Of a DNA stretch of 36,719 bases, positions 1 through 10,605 are shown in pieces. The DNA comes from Schmidtea polychroa (Eukaryota): contig CM097886.1 of the NCBI GenBank assembly GCA_044892525.1, forward strand, positions 95,976,001 through 96,012,719, given 5' to 3'. How positions within the stretch are numbered: the first letter of the stretch is position 1; each line of letters starts with the position of its first letter. The notes beneath the pieces are model-generated. The model saw only the letters and a list, made by a program, of their open reading frames with translations. It did no database searches and was not told the DNA's origin. The position numbers were made by a program, and so were the translations under genes.

Positions 1-300
1 CGGAAGAATGGAATATTGCCTCCTCTTAAGGATGAGAATTCGTTAAAGGAGATACTGAATAAATTAATTAAAAATATGCAGATTCATGAAGAGTTGTTTA
101 AATCTATTTACCCAACGGAGTCACAACCAGCAAAAATTAAATCAAGACTTCAGACTCTTGATTAATATCCTACCTGTCTTCAAATCACCCCCAACATTTC
201 ACTATGGAAAACAACATTTCAAACATTACCTGTGAAATTGTATAATAAAGTTTTCAGTTGACCTCAAACACACTTTTCTATGCAAATCACTTCAAACTAA
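1..300 (+). pseudogene. Penelope-like retroelement fragment, internally deleted (RT N-terminal piece joined to region preceding GIY-YIG)
   Basis: Frame 1 (1-165) reads ...SLKEILNKLIKNMQIHEELFKSIYPTESQPAKI, resembling the Penelope IYPxGSxPAxxYGLPK region. A shifted frame continues INILPVFKSP...NCIIKFS, resembling the segment before the GIY-YIG domain. Core RT motifs are absent. Confidence 0.4.
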
Positions 301-543
301 TACATATTCTTCCATTTATTTAACATCTAAACATATATATTTGGGGCGTTGTGATAAATCGGGAAGATTTGACACATGTCTTTCGCACGCACCCTGAATC
401 GATCCTTGAATTTGTTATTTTCTTTCGAGTTGCTTCCCGGTCTTTTGAGTTGTTTCGTGGTATTTCGAATATTTTTGGGTTTAAATCACCGCTGAAATCT
501 ACTTCATGAGCGAGAAGTGATTAGAGCTCATTACAAGTATTGA

Positions 544-771
544 ATTGATAATAATGCTAATAATGATTTAATTGAAAAACAAAAATTTAATGTAGGAAAC
601 AAAGTTAGAATATTTAAATGGAAAAATAAATTTGAAAAGGGAATTACTCTTTCATGGAGTAAGGAAATATTTATCATCAAGAAAATATACAACACAAAAC
701 CATTTACTTATAAACTACATGATTTGAATGATGAAGAAATTCTAAGGAGATTTAATCAGCTAGAATTACAA
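544..771 (+). pseudogene. Polinton-type retroviral-like integrase, C-terminal fragment
   Basis: Stop-free frame not in the ORF track: KQKFNVGNKVRIFKWKNKFEKGITLSWSKEIFIIKKIYNTKPFTYKLHDLNDEEILRRFNQLELQ. It matches the Polinton integrase pattern KFxVGDxVRI...FEKGYTxNWSxEIF...PxTYKLxDLNxEEIxGxFYxxELQ. The DDE core is missing. Confidence 0.85.
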
Positions 772-981
772 CCAACCTTTTTTAATTTCTACAAATCCAT
801 CACTTTCAAAACTTACAGATTTTTCGGGTTCTGCCCGTCTTCGGGGTTCGGATTGAGTATTTAATGCTCTAAGAAAATCAATTCTGGGATCATTTATTTT
901 TCTGATTAATAATTCTTGATCCAAACCACTTCCTTGTTTCATTTTTTCAAGTTTATTTTTAAATTCAGATTCAATTACCAT
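766..981 (-). CDS. Small basic ORF with KQGSGL motif, probable Polinton virion core protein
   Basis: 71-aa ATG ORF between the integrase and pX-like ORFs. KQGSGL resembles the xxGxG adenain-type cleavage sites in adintovirus proteins. The assignment is inference from context. Confidence 0.4.
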   Translation of the reverse strand: MVIESEFKNKLEKMKQGSGLDQELLIRKINDPRIDFLRALNTQSEPRRRAEPEKSVSFESDGFVEIKKGWL

Positions 982-996
982 TTTTTATAAATTAAA

Positions 997-1408
997 ATGA
1001 CAAAAGTTGATGAAGATTTCATAAACAAAATAAAATCAATCGTTGAAAATGATGTACCAAAAACAATAAGTTACAATGGTAAAAAAGCAAACATTTCAAA
1101 AGAAAAAATTAGAGAAATTAAACAAGGAGGATTTCTTCCTTTAGCAGCATTATTATCATTAATTTTTGGGAGTATAATATCAGCTGCAGGTGCAAAATAC
1201 TGTTAAAAATATAAAAGAAGCACAATCAGCAGACAAAACAAAGGAAAAAACTGTAGATGAATCAAAATTTATAGAATCTCAGACCCCGAACGCGGAAGAA
1301 TTCCGAACTCCTTCAGGAAGTACTTTGGATAAAATTCAAACAAAAGCAATACCAAAATATTTAAGAAATCTAGTTACCGAAGAAAATGTTTATATCCTTA
1401 TTTACTAA
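997..1408 (+). pseudogene. Adenovirus pX/mu-like Polinton protein, frameshifted near 1195
   Basis: IKQGGFLPLAALLSLIFGSIISAAGA resembles adenovirus pX (RGGILPLLIPLIAAAIGA). The overlapping ORF 1190..1408 (NTVKNIKEAQSADK...) is the likely continuation in another frame. Confidence 0.6.
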
Positions 1409-1419
1409 CTACTGACACT

Positions 1420-3996
1420 GCTCTAAATTATGTATTTGTGTCAATATAACTCTTGAAAATGGGATACTTTTAAATGAATTGCGCGATGAATTTTAGTTAC
1501 TTTTACCCCAATATTTAAATAAAGTTGGAACTCTCAAATGAAGAACATAGTTCTTCGTGGGATAATGCGTGAGCATCAGCTGCTCCACTTTCAACCCTGA
1601 CGCACGCATCTTTTCAGCTGCAGCTGGAAAATCATACAATTAATCATAAATAGATTCTGGAATTTCCTAATCGACTTCAACAGTATAACCGAATTTGAGT
1701 AATTCTAAGTCAACATTCAGGCAGTCATCCAAAATTAAAGTAATTTAATATCATCATTTATCCATACAAAATTACCATTTGGTAGTTTTTGGCTAAGTGC
1801 CCAACAATACAGGTTGCTACTATCTAAGTAGATCAACTCTGTATTTGCACCAGAGTTTACATAATGTTAATGCCGCGTATCCCTCACTCAAAGAAATTAT
1901 AAATTTCCATTTTGGATCAACTCAATTGGATGATATAAAGTCATGAGCGTAGAGTTTAAGGGTTCCAATCTGTTATAAGCTATTGATTTTGCCCTAAACT
2001 GTTGGAAATAAACCGCAAGTAAAATGACATTTAATTTTTAGATAAACCATCATATAATCCAAAAGTGAATTACAGCTAGTTTCTTCCCATATACACTGAG
2101 CCAAAGAATATTCTATTTCAGTAACACCATCCCAAATTGGTGGTAATTGGGGAGTTCCCTGAAGCCCTTCAAGACTAGTACCAAAATCATATGGGAATAT
2201 ACCCTTAATATTAACAATTACCCCATGAAATTCGCCACTTGTCAATGGCAATGATGTTAAAGTATCTACCACATTTTTTAAGGAGTCATTAATAAATTGA
2301 CAAGAATCGATAAATTTTATAGTTAATCCATTGATTCTTGCAAATAAACTTAAAAACTTTTCACTATTTATAGAAATACACCAAATATTCTGAGAATTAA
2401 ATTTACTTAAATTTAAGGCGTTTTTTTTCAAATTTAATTAAAAAAAATGTAAAACATAAATAATTTTAGTACGTCGAAATCGAGATGCATAAAACTAAAA
2501 AAGAAAGACAGCTTGAACGGGGAAATCGCGGAATAGCAACGTGAGAAAACATAAATAAATGCGAGCACGCCCAAATCGCGGGATACTCGGTCAGAGAAAA
2601 TTTCTCCAAATTTGAGAATATGATGATGATCATATCCTATTAAAATATGAAAAATAACAGGTAAAACCGGTTTAATTCTTCGAGAAAGATTACAAGTTAA
2701 GAAAGCTGCATCTAAATATTTACCAGAAAAATGGTCATGATCTCTTACTGGATTAACTAAGGTCTTCTTACACAAATGACAATTTACAGCTGAATAAAAG
2801 TTTATTGGATCATTACTATTAAATACATTTTCCTATATCTGATTTCAAAATATGAAACCACTATTTCTTCAAGTTCATGAAGAAACTGTTCAACACAACT
2901 TTTATAAAATTATCGCCTGTAAAATTATTTATAAAAACAAAACCAGCTGAGATTGGTAAATGTTTTTGATGGTATTTATTATCTTTAGGTAAAATTGCCT
3001 CAAAGTCAGCATAAATAAAATAAAAAGGAGGAGTAGCGGTCTTTGAACAATCTTTAAAAAAAGATGTTTATTCTCAGGTAATTTGAAAAGAGTGGTAACT
3101 AACTAATTTTTATCGCACAAGTCCTTGTGTCTTTCGAAGGAATTAGGAGTTCTAAAATCATTTAAACACCTAGGAGACCAATTATTATAAATTCTAACAG
3201 CAGTCACATCAGAATTCCAACAATTCAAAAGCCCATATAATAATATGTTTGAGCACTTAAATTTAACATTAAATTAATAAATGTCACCCCAATAACTATA
3301 TTAGATATCAACATAAGGATATTTCATAACTTCAATATTTTTTACATCATTTAAAATATTTTCATTATAGGATAATACATTTATGTATAAACCTAGATTT
3401 TGTGATTCAAATTTATAAATATTAGAAAGGCGCATGGGTCAAATTTTAAGTCGGAAGTATTATAATGACACGATCTATTTCTATGATTACCGTTATTACT
3501 ATTAGTATTATTATCATATTTCAAAATAGGTACAATGCTATATAAAAAGCATTCATCATCCGTATTTGCTACATTAACCGTGCAAGTTTTATTTAATAAA
3601 GATCGGGGTGGCTCAATAAAACCGTGACCAATTAATCTACCTATTTGAATATATTTCGTTAATATAAAACTTATATATTTAGTTAAATTTAAATATATTT
3701 TCGTTTAATACAGCATTACCATCATCTAAGAAGGTACCACTCATGGGTCTAGTAGAATTAAAAATAACGAATGATTGAAATTCGTCATCTTTTTCAAATT
3801 CTACTTTCAAACAAAATTGAATTTTTGTTGAACTCATCTCCAAATTTACATTATTTAATTCATTTATTAAAATATAGTGAATTAAAACTGTTTCTAAATT
3901 TAAGGATGAAACATCCATTTTAATTATGGCATGGGTTTTATTTAAAGGGAATATGATTTCAGGTTCTAATGAATCACCATATTGATTAGGGACCAC
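1420..3996 (-). pseudogene. Protein-primed family B DNA polymerase (pPolB) of Polinton/adintovirus type, with many stops and frameshifts
   Basis: Ordered minus-strand motifs across frames: KIQFCLKVEFEK; GHGFIEPPRSLLNKTCTVNVANTDDECFLYSI; YKFESQN; PRCLNDF; FIYADFE (ExoI); VRDHDHFSGKYLDAA..CNL and FHILIGYDHH (ExoII); FIDSCQF; KGIFPYD; YLDSSNLYCWALSQKLP (Pol motif A); GYTVEVD; KVTKIHRA; FKSYIDTNT. Motifs B and C were not seen, so it is 3' truncated. Confidence 0.92.
2418..2596 (-). mobile_element. End-eroded copy of the piggyBac-type MITE at 8448-8658, inserted in pPolB
   Basis: Reverse complement of the 8448-8658 interior (shared tagtacgtcgaaatc, agaaagacagcttgaacggggaaatc, gtgagaaaacataaataaatgcg, atactcggtc). 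It splits pPolB between ...HILKFGEIF and LNLSKFNSQNIWCISINSEKF. The terminal CCCT/AGGG is lost. Confidence 0.88.
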
Positions 3997-4136
3997 TTCA
4001 TCAGAAATGGTTATATTACTTATTATTATTATTGTTTAGAGAAAATAAGGATTCTTTAGGTTTAAATATTTTCCGAATTATATCATTTGTAGCCACTAGA
4101 GATTCTGAAGACGTTGTAAAATTTGAATCACCGGTA

Positions 4137-4514
4137 TCAGTGACTGAAAAATGAAGAATTTGAGAGACTGGAATTCATATACGAACTGAAAATAATTCGG
4201 GTGTCTTCTTTTAATTCGTCCAAGCTGACGAAATAACCGGTTCGAACGACACTATCATCAACAAGGAATTTTGCTGAATCCGGAGCATTAATATCCAGAA
4301 CAAAATCATGTCGACCAACGAGAATTCGTCTAACTAATACTGACTCAAAGACTTGATCTAGATCTGCATTATAAGCACTGCTAAAATAAATTAACTTCCA
4401 TTCCACATCTTCCAAGCTTTCAAGATGCTCGAACGTTATTTTAAATTTAAATTTGGAATAGAATTTGGCTGGATTTTTCAGAACTTCAAACTTGACTATA
4501 CCAATTTTAACCAT
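4137..4514 (-). pseudogene. ASF1: ASF1 histone H3-H4 chaperone homolog, intronless and internally deleted
   Basis: MVKIGIVKFEVLKNPAKFYSKFKFKITFEHLESLEDVEWKLIYFSSAYNADLDQVFESVLVRRILVGRHDFVLDINAPD aligns with the ASF1 N-terminal domain (VLDNPSPF..F.FEITFEC.E.L.EDLEWKIIYVGSAES...DQVLDSVLVGPVP.GRHMFVF.ADAP). The GVTVVLITCTYRGQEFIRVGYYV segment is reduced to VVRTGYFV. Confidence 0.88.
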
Positions 4515-4831
4515 TGTTTTTAATTCAAAAAATAATTAAAATATAATATCCAAATAACGAATTAACTGGAAGATTTCAAAAATTTTCAAATTACAAGAAA
4601 AATTTTTATTAACTTTTCAAATTTCTTTCAATCTAATACATGAACTGTATTTTTAGTTAGTTAATTTTCTTTTAATAATTTTTAATTTAATTAAAAATTC
4701 CTTTCATAAAAATATAAGTTTTTCACAAAATACACAAATATAAGTTTTTCAACATAATATATATAACTAATATAAAATTTTCAGGTTCCATTGCTATCAC
4801 CATAACAAATGAAAACTAGGCGGTGCAAACA

Positions 4832-4883
4832 ATTACTATTATCATTATTATTATTATTATTATTATTTATTATTATTATTATT
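4832..4883. repeat. (ATT)n microsatellite
   Basis: Imperfect run of attattatt... visible in the sequence. Confidence 0.9.
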
Positions 4884-4999
4884 AGTACTTGAAATAGCAT
4901 TATTATGATTTATAGTGGGATTATTGGTACTGGTGGTTGGAATATTATTTGTATTGGGAATATTGTTTATTAATAATTTTTTTTAGGTAAAGTCTTTTT

Positions 5000-6200
5000 A
5001 GGTAAATTATATTGAGTTAAATGACTTCGATATTGATCATAAAACTCAATGTATGTCACAGTCTCATGGATCATACAAACTGTCAAGCCACAATGGCCTT
5101 TTTACATAATATTATCAAGCATTTTAGCATTAACAAATTGTCACTAGTGTTCAAATTTATAAAAAGTACAAGTGGAAACGGCAGCGGTATCGGCCACCGA
5201 CTGGTTTGAAGTGTACCAGGCCATTATGAAAACCATCAACTAACTCACTGTTCAAATGAATAACCTTCCGGGTTGATGTTCAATTTTGAGAGTGTAATTT
5301 TTAATTAAATTAATTAATAATTATTGATTTTTTAATAATAATTTAATTAAACCTCAAAAAAAGTAAAATGTCGTCGCTATATGAAATTTTGAAGAGAATG
5401 TCAAATGGAAAAAATGCATTAATTTATGCAACTGAGTTTTATAATAAGACTAACTTGCCCTATTTGCAACTATTCGGTGTACAAAGAAAATAGCCGAGAA
5501 AGACAAAGTTTTTTTAAAATGTGGAAATAAAATGTGTAATTTTAGTCTTTCAATATTTGCAAAGACAATATATACAGAAACAAATGTAACTGTTTCTAAA
5601 GGAATTTTATTGGTTTATTTTTTTGCAACAAATGTTGGTGTTAGAAAGGTAGCAAGAGAGTTAAATATAAGCAGAACTACTGCAATAAAATAGTTTTAAT
5701 TTAATTTAAATAAAAAATACACCCCCACAATTTGAACATCAACCACCTTTCCTGTGTAATAGCCATAGAAGTGTTTTATGGCCCGACGATTTCGAACGCG
5801 TTCAAAGATCTTGATCTCGTAGAACACGGACATCTTCATTGACCAGGATTTCATTGCAAAGAAAATGTCATTCACACATCAGGAGTTAACTATACCCGAA
5901 AATCAACGAAGAATCGATTCAAAGGAGGTATGCAATAATCGTTAACCAGTGGAAATATGTATCAGGAAATTCAGAGATAGTATACAACAAGAAAATAACC
6001 CCTCGAACAAAAATATGGCACTATTATCCGGAAAAAACCAGAGCAGACAAAGCCTCAATCAGAGGGAATGAAGATAAATATCAGGCACTAGTTGAGGTTG
6101 CTTTTAGGAAAAATAATAATTGGATACGAAATTATCAGTAAGCTCAAAACGTTGACATTAGACCCCTATAATGTCATGGGTGTTACAGAAATGGCCGAAG
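5000..6200 (-). pseudogene. Possible decayed ionotropic glutamate receptor-like gene split by the Merlin element
   Basis: Removing 5271-5744 plus one TSD copy gives one frame: SLNAFEIVGP*NTSMAITQERLFI*TVS*LMVFIMAWYTSNQSVA. The spacing from R to YTxN equals that of the iGluR M2-M3 segment (SLGAFMQQG...[25 protein letters not shown]). Upstream hydrophobic segments are present, but stop density is high. Confidence 0.3.
5271..5744 (+). mobile_element. Non-autonomous Merlin (IS1595-family) transposon
   Basis: TIRs of about 26 bp: ggttgatgttcaattttgagagtgta and, as reverse complement, ggttgatgttcaaattgtgggggtgta. Imperfect 8-bp flanks accttccg/acctttcc. The interior encodes a frameshifted Zn-ribbon/HTH (TCPICNY..KCGNKMCNFSLSIFAKT...VRKVARELNISRTT) with no DDE domain. 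Confidence 0.8.
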
Positions 6201-6480
6201 ATGTATTCATGTGTTCCTATGTGAAAAATGTGACCTACCACAAAATATGTCTATCTAATCTGACATAGTAAAAAGTGGAAAAAGATCATTAACAATATAT
6301 TAAAGAAACCGGAGCCATTTTCATTAACCATTTACGTTAGCCAAAATCGTTACTTTTTAATAAAATTTATATACTTTGTGATTTTTCATAAAAATAACTA
6401 AATAATGTTTATTTAATAAATTCTTTCCTTTTGAAATCTCACGCGTTTTATTCTGATTTTATGGTTAATTTGCAAGACGA

Positions 6481-6710
6481 GATCCACTTCTAACACCCAA
6501 TAATATTGGGAATCAATTTTCCTGGACAAAGGATAAGAGAATTAGTAGTAATGAGAGTGCCTTTCAACAGTTCTCCACCAGGGGTCATGTTTGGGTATGA
6601 CGTCAATCGGATCATGAATACGATAACACTTATTTTCAATCCATTGTGAAACACAGCCTCGCTGTCATGGTATGGGGAGCTATTTGGTTCATTGGAAAAT
6701 CAAAGATACA
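6481..6710 (+). pseudogene. Tc1-family transposase fragment
   Basis: PLLTP...WTKDKRISSNESAFQQFSTRGHVWV*RQSDHEY...SIVKHSLAVMVWGAIWFIGKSKI matches the Tc1 pattern W..V.FSDESxF...VWR...TVKH...VMVWG. The first catalytic D is replaced by N and there is one stop. Confidence 0.78.
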
Positions 6711-6939
6711 GCATTGTAGTTATAGTAACAACAGTAGTAAATTATAGTAGCAATAGTAGAATATTTTAGTACAAAAACGACGACAAATTTCACAATTGTG
6801 ATCCAAATATATCAATTAACATTATAACAATTTTATGTCTATTGCATAAAATTGTAAGAATAGCTACTTATTTCCTTTTGTAAAGCATTAAATATAGTGC
6901 ATAGATGTAACGTCTACTTATCATATGATACACTTAAAA

Positions 6940-7452
6940 ATAAATAAAAGGTATGTATTGTAATTAATAATATAGACAGGACGGACCAGATAGTTTCATA
7001 TTATTTCACTCCTAGAAAAACCATTAGACGGTATCTGAGATTTTTCTTTCATTTGTTAGATATTTGTATTTGGGATGCTTGTTGGTTATATAAAAAGCCA
7101 CGGGAAAAAACAGTTTCCTAAAATTTAGAAATGAAATTATTACTGCACGAATAGGAAATCAACAAAATGTTGAAACAAAAAAAAAACTCCAAAATATTTC
7201 ATATTTTAAAGAAAGTAGAGAAGAGAGTTAGGTGCAGTCAGAACAAAAAACGGACACAAACATGATATATTTGTGACTCGTGTACAGATGAAAAGAATAA
7301 CCTAGAGCCATTATAAAAAAATATCAAATGAATATTTTTGGTTAAAATACATCTAAATTCTCATAATAAAATTAGTTTTATGTAATACTGTTCAAAAATA
7401 TGTCATTTGTCTGCAGGAGATGGTGCCATTTTGCATAGTGGTAGCGAACGTT
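6940..7452 (+). mobile_element. 3' remnant of a piggyBac (PGBD4-like) element
   Basis: IDRTDQIVSYYFTPRKTIRRYLRFFFHLLDICIWDACWLY, then frameshifted SFLKFRNEII and RVRCSQNKKRTQT*YICDSC (Cys-rich domain). Right-end-like ggtagcgaacgt..TTAA at about 7440-7456. Confidence 0.8.
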
Positions 7453-8447
7453 TTAAGTTAAATATTTAAGCAATAAGATTATTAAAAAACAAATTTCGGT
7501 GAATGTTTTAGGTTGGTCTGATTTTATGGAGTAAGAATTTTAATTTAAAATAAAATATATTATGGAAATAAAATAATTATTCATTGTAGGAACATAAGAA
7601 TAATACAATCATTAAAAATATATTTATCTACTTAATATAATACAGTTTTGGAGATTCGAATAGCGATCGTTGAAATCTGAAGTAAGATCTTCGTTTCGTA
7701 TTTGTTCCATTTCCACGACTGAGATTTGCAAAAGCAAACATGCAACCATAGCTAAATGTAAAATCGGTGCAAAAGGAAGATTTTCACAAATTTAATTCGA
7801 TATTGGTCCAAAACAATGGTTTGGTCTTTTCAAACTTGAAATGCGAACTTATATTTCCATTAGTTGAACTTTGAACACTGATGGTACAGAAATATATGAA
7901 GAACAAACAGATTGATGTTGATGCAATTATAAATTGGATGTTGAGGTGAAGCGGTACGATATCCCACAAATTGTTGCAATTCCATATTCTTGAATACATT
8001 TTTAATTTTCTTTTAATCAATTGAAAAAGCAACGTGACCAGATAATGTTAATATTTTTGTTTATTACATCAATAATGCATTTGTAATTTTAATTTAAATG
8101 TACATGTTTAGGCACTAAATACGCGGGGAAAATTTTTATTTGTTGACAATGACTGCTAATTAGTCAATTGCAACGAAAAAATAGTGCAAAAGTAATTCAT
8201 TTTCGCAGTTGACATACCCAAATTAACAGTGTTAAATTTGCTATCAGCTAAGAGGCAATAACAAAAGCTGAAATAGAGCAGACAATACAATAATGGGCTC
8301 ATAGATTAGCAAGTAACACGCATTTACATATATAACCTCAGGATAAAAATTTAACATTTTTGGGGGAGATTATACAGATTCTGATCAATTGAGGTGGAAT
8401 GATTTTTATCAAATTAATTTGTACAAAATTGTGTATATTTTATTTAA

Positions 8448-8658
8448 CCCTCAGACCGAGTATACCACGATTTAGGCGTCCAGTATCTACTGGTTTAATT
8501 ATACGCATTTATTTATGTTTTCTCACGCTGTTATTCCGAGATTTCCCCGTTCAAGCTGTCTTTCTGTGCTGATAATTTTATACATCCAGATTTCGACGTA
8601 CTAACATTATTTGTTTTATATTTTTTTATCAAATTTGAAAAAAAACGCAGTCAGAGGG
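8448..8658. mobile_element. 211-bp piggyBac-type MITE
   Basis: TTAA at 8444-8447 and 8659-8662; TIRs ccctcagac and, as reverse complement, ccctctgac; second copy at 2418-2596. Confidence 0.9.
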
Positions 8659-9831
8659 TTAATGAAGTTTATTCTGCGTATATTGGTTATTTATTTACGA
8701 GATTTATTTAGCCCGATTTAGATGAGTCCCACGAATTCAACAGATAAAAGACACATTCTAAATAAATGTGAAATCCAAAATACAGTGATCAAAAAACAAC
8801 GACCAACTCAGAAAGAACAATAAATATCTATCTATATCATTAAAATTAAATTTATTACAGCAAGTTCAAGTCTAGTACAAGTTCAAGATATTAAACTAGT
8901 AAGAATAACACGGCTAAGAAACTACATTGCAGCTAAAATAGAATCCAACAACTATGAAATGAGATTAAAACTAAAAAACTAAACAACATAACAAAACGAA
9001 AATTGGAATATCTTTGCAATTGATCTTACGAAATTTACTAATCACAAATATTTTATTTGAATAACCAATTATGTGATCTGAGGAAAATTAGAAATCATCG
9101 AAATAAAGAAATTGTCAATTGTCAAATTGCAATTACAGCTGCGACTGGATTTAAAATTCAAGAAAAACTAAGAGGTTGCATTGAGAAAGACAAAAATTGT
9201 AAATGCTAACAACCACTTAAAATAAATATTTTATTTTGGTTTATTTTATTCACTTTTTTTTTCTTTCTGACAGTGTATATTTGTTCTTTATATTTATATT
9301 CACAAATACAAGTCACATAATTTCAACTTAAAAGGTCCCCCGATATTCTTAATTAAAGTGAAATCTGAACGACATGGTAGTCACTCCAAAAATTCTGTTA
9401 CACTTTGCTAATTTTTGATATTTGACAAACGTGTCAGTGTCGTGTAATTGATGTTAGTAAACAATTACATGTGAATCAAAATATTCTTTTGTTTTTCGAA
9501 TAAAAATTATTTCATATTTTTTATGTATATTACAACAGAAATCATTAGTATATTTTAAGAGAGATGAAATTTAAGACCAAATTTAAAATGAAGTTAAAAT
9601 TAAAGATCGTATTATCTAATTATGGTCTTTTGTTAAAAGATTGATTTTTCAAAAATGAATTAAAAATTTCCTTTAATTCATAATTGTCGTTTATTTCTGA
9701 TGTACCAAGATTTACATTTTACATAAATATATATACATAAATAGTCGATAAATATTTTAGCTATTTTAAAATTAATTATGAATTGCAAAAATGAACCTAT
9801 TAATACTGGTTAATTATCGGTTGAGTGTTCT

Positions 9832-9898
9832 CGCGTCTGTGTGCGCTTTTTACTTCTTTGGATTGATTTGTGTGCGCACACAGACGCGGACAATTGTC
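9832..9898. repeat. Perfect 15-bp GC-rich inverted repeat plus adjacent 10-bp palindrome
   Basis: cgcgtctgtgtgcgc (9832-9846) and gcgcacacagacgcg (9874-9888) with a 27-nt loop, followed by gacaattgtc (9889-9898). Confidence 0.9.
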
Positions 9899-10203
9899 GA
9901 ATTATTAGGTCAGTTTTTCGATTTTCTGGAATGTGGTAGAGTTTTTGATTTGTTTAAAGTGATCATCTATAAAAATAATCATTTCTGCTTAACCCTTTTA
10001 TACGGAGTGTACAATATATTGTACACAGTTTTGTGTGCTGAATATCTGTTGTACCTTTTCGAAAATATAATGTGAGAAGTACTTTTTAAGAAAATTGAAA
10101 TTTGTTCTAGTACATTTTAATAATTTTGGCGCCAAATAGTGACATTTTCAGTATTTTTCAGTTGATTTTGTGAAGAGCACACGCCAAAAGAAAAATTCCT
10201 GTG

Positions 10204-10497
10204 GTAAGTATAAATTTATTTCTCTGTTATTGTAAAAAGTTTAAAAGCGATTTTAATAAACTTTGCGGTATTTTTTAAAAAAAATGTTATTTTATTATTG
10301 CAGCAAATTGGCAATAATATTTTTATAAAACATAACTTAAAAATTAATGTACAATATCTTGTACACCTCGAACCAATCATTGTGTACAATTTATTGTACA
10401 TAACTATATATTGTAGATACCGAATCAATGGTAAAATATTTTTGATTAATTTTCAAATTTTAATTGACGACTAATTTAGTTTTGATTAACTATTTAG
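10204..10497 (+). other. Putative 5'-UTR GT-AG intron of the piggyBac transposase
   Basis: Donor gtg|gtaagt at 10204 and acceptor aactatttag| at 10497, 4 nt before the ATG at 10502; prediction only. Confidence 0.45.
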
Positions 10498-10605
10498 GAA
10501 AATGACCAGAAAACAACTATCGGTAAAAGAAATATTTGATATCTCTGCGAATCAGATATTGAGGATGAAGACAATACAGAAAAATTTCGAATTTGGTGGA
10601 CGAAG

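Larger units (their letters stand above)
544..4035. mobile_element. Degraded Polinton/Maverick (adintovirus-like) element fragment
   Basis: Cluster of integrase C-terminus, pX-like ORF and protein-primed PolB remnants. No TIRs, capsid, ATPase or protease genes were found, so the boundaries are approximate. Confidence 0.85.

Noticed and set aside
343-535. Possible PPT (ggggcgt) followed by a TG...CA LTR-like segment
   Set aside because: No second LTR, no matching TSD and no adjacent pol sequence.
7650-8032. Moderately complex segment with ORF 7784..8032
   Set aside because: No recognisable motif in any frame I translated.
9325-9350. ttaaaaggtcccc resembling a Kolobok left end
   Set aside because: No partner TIR and no transposase or THAP sequence.
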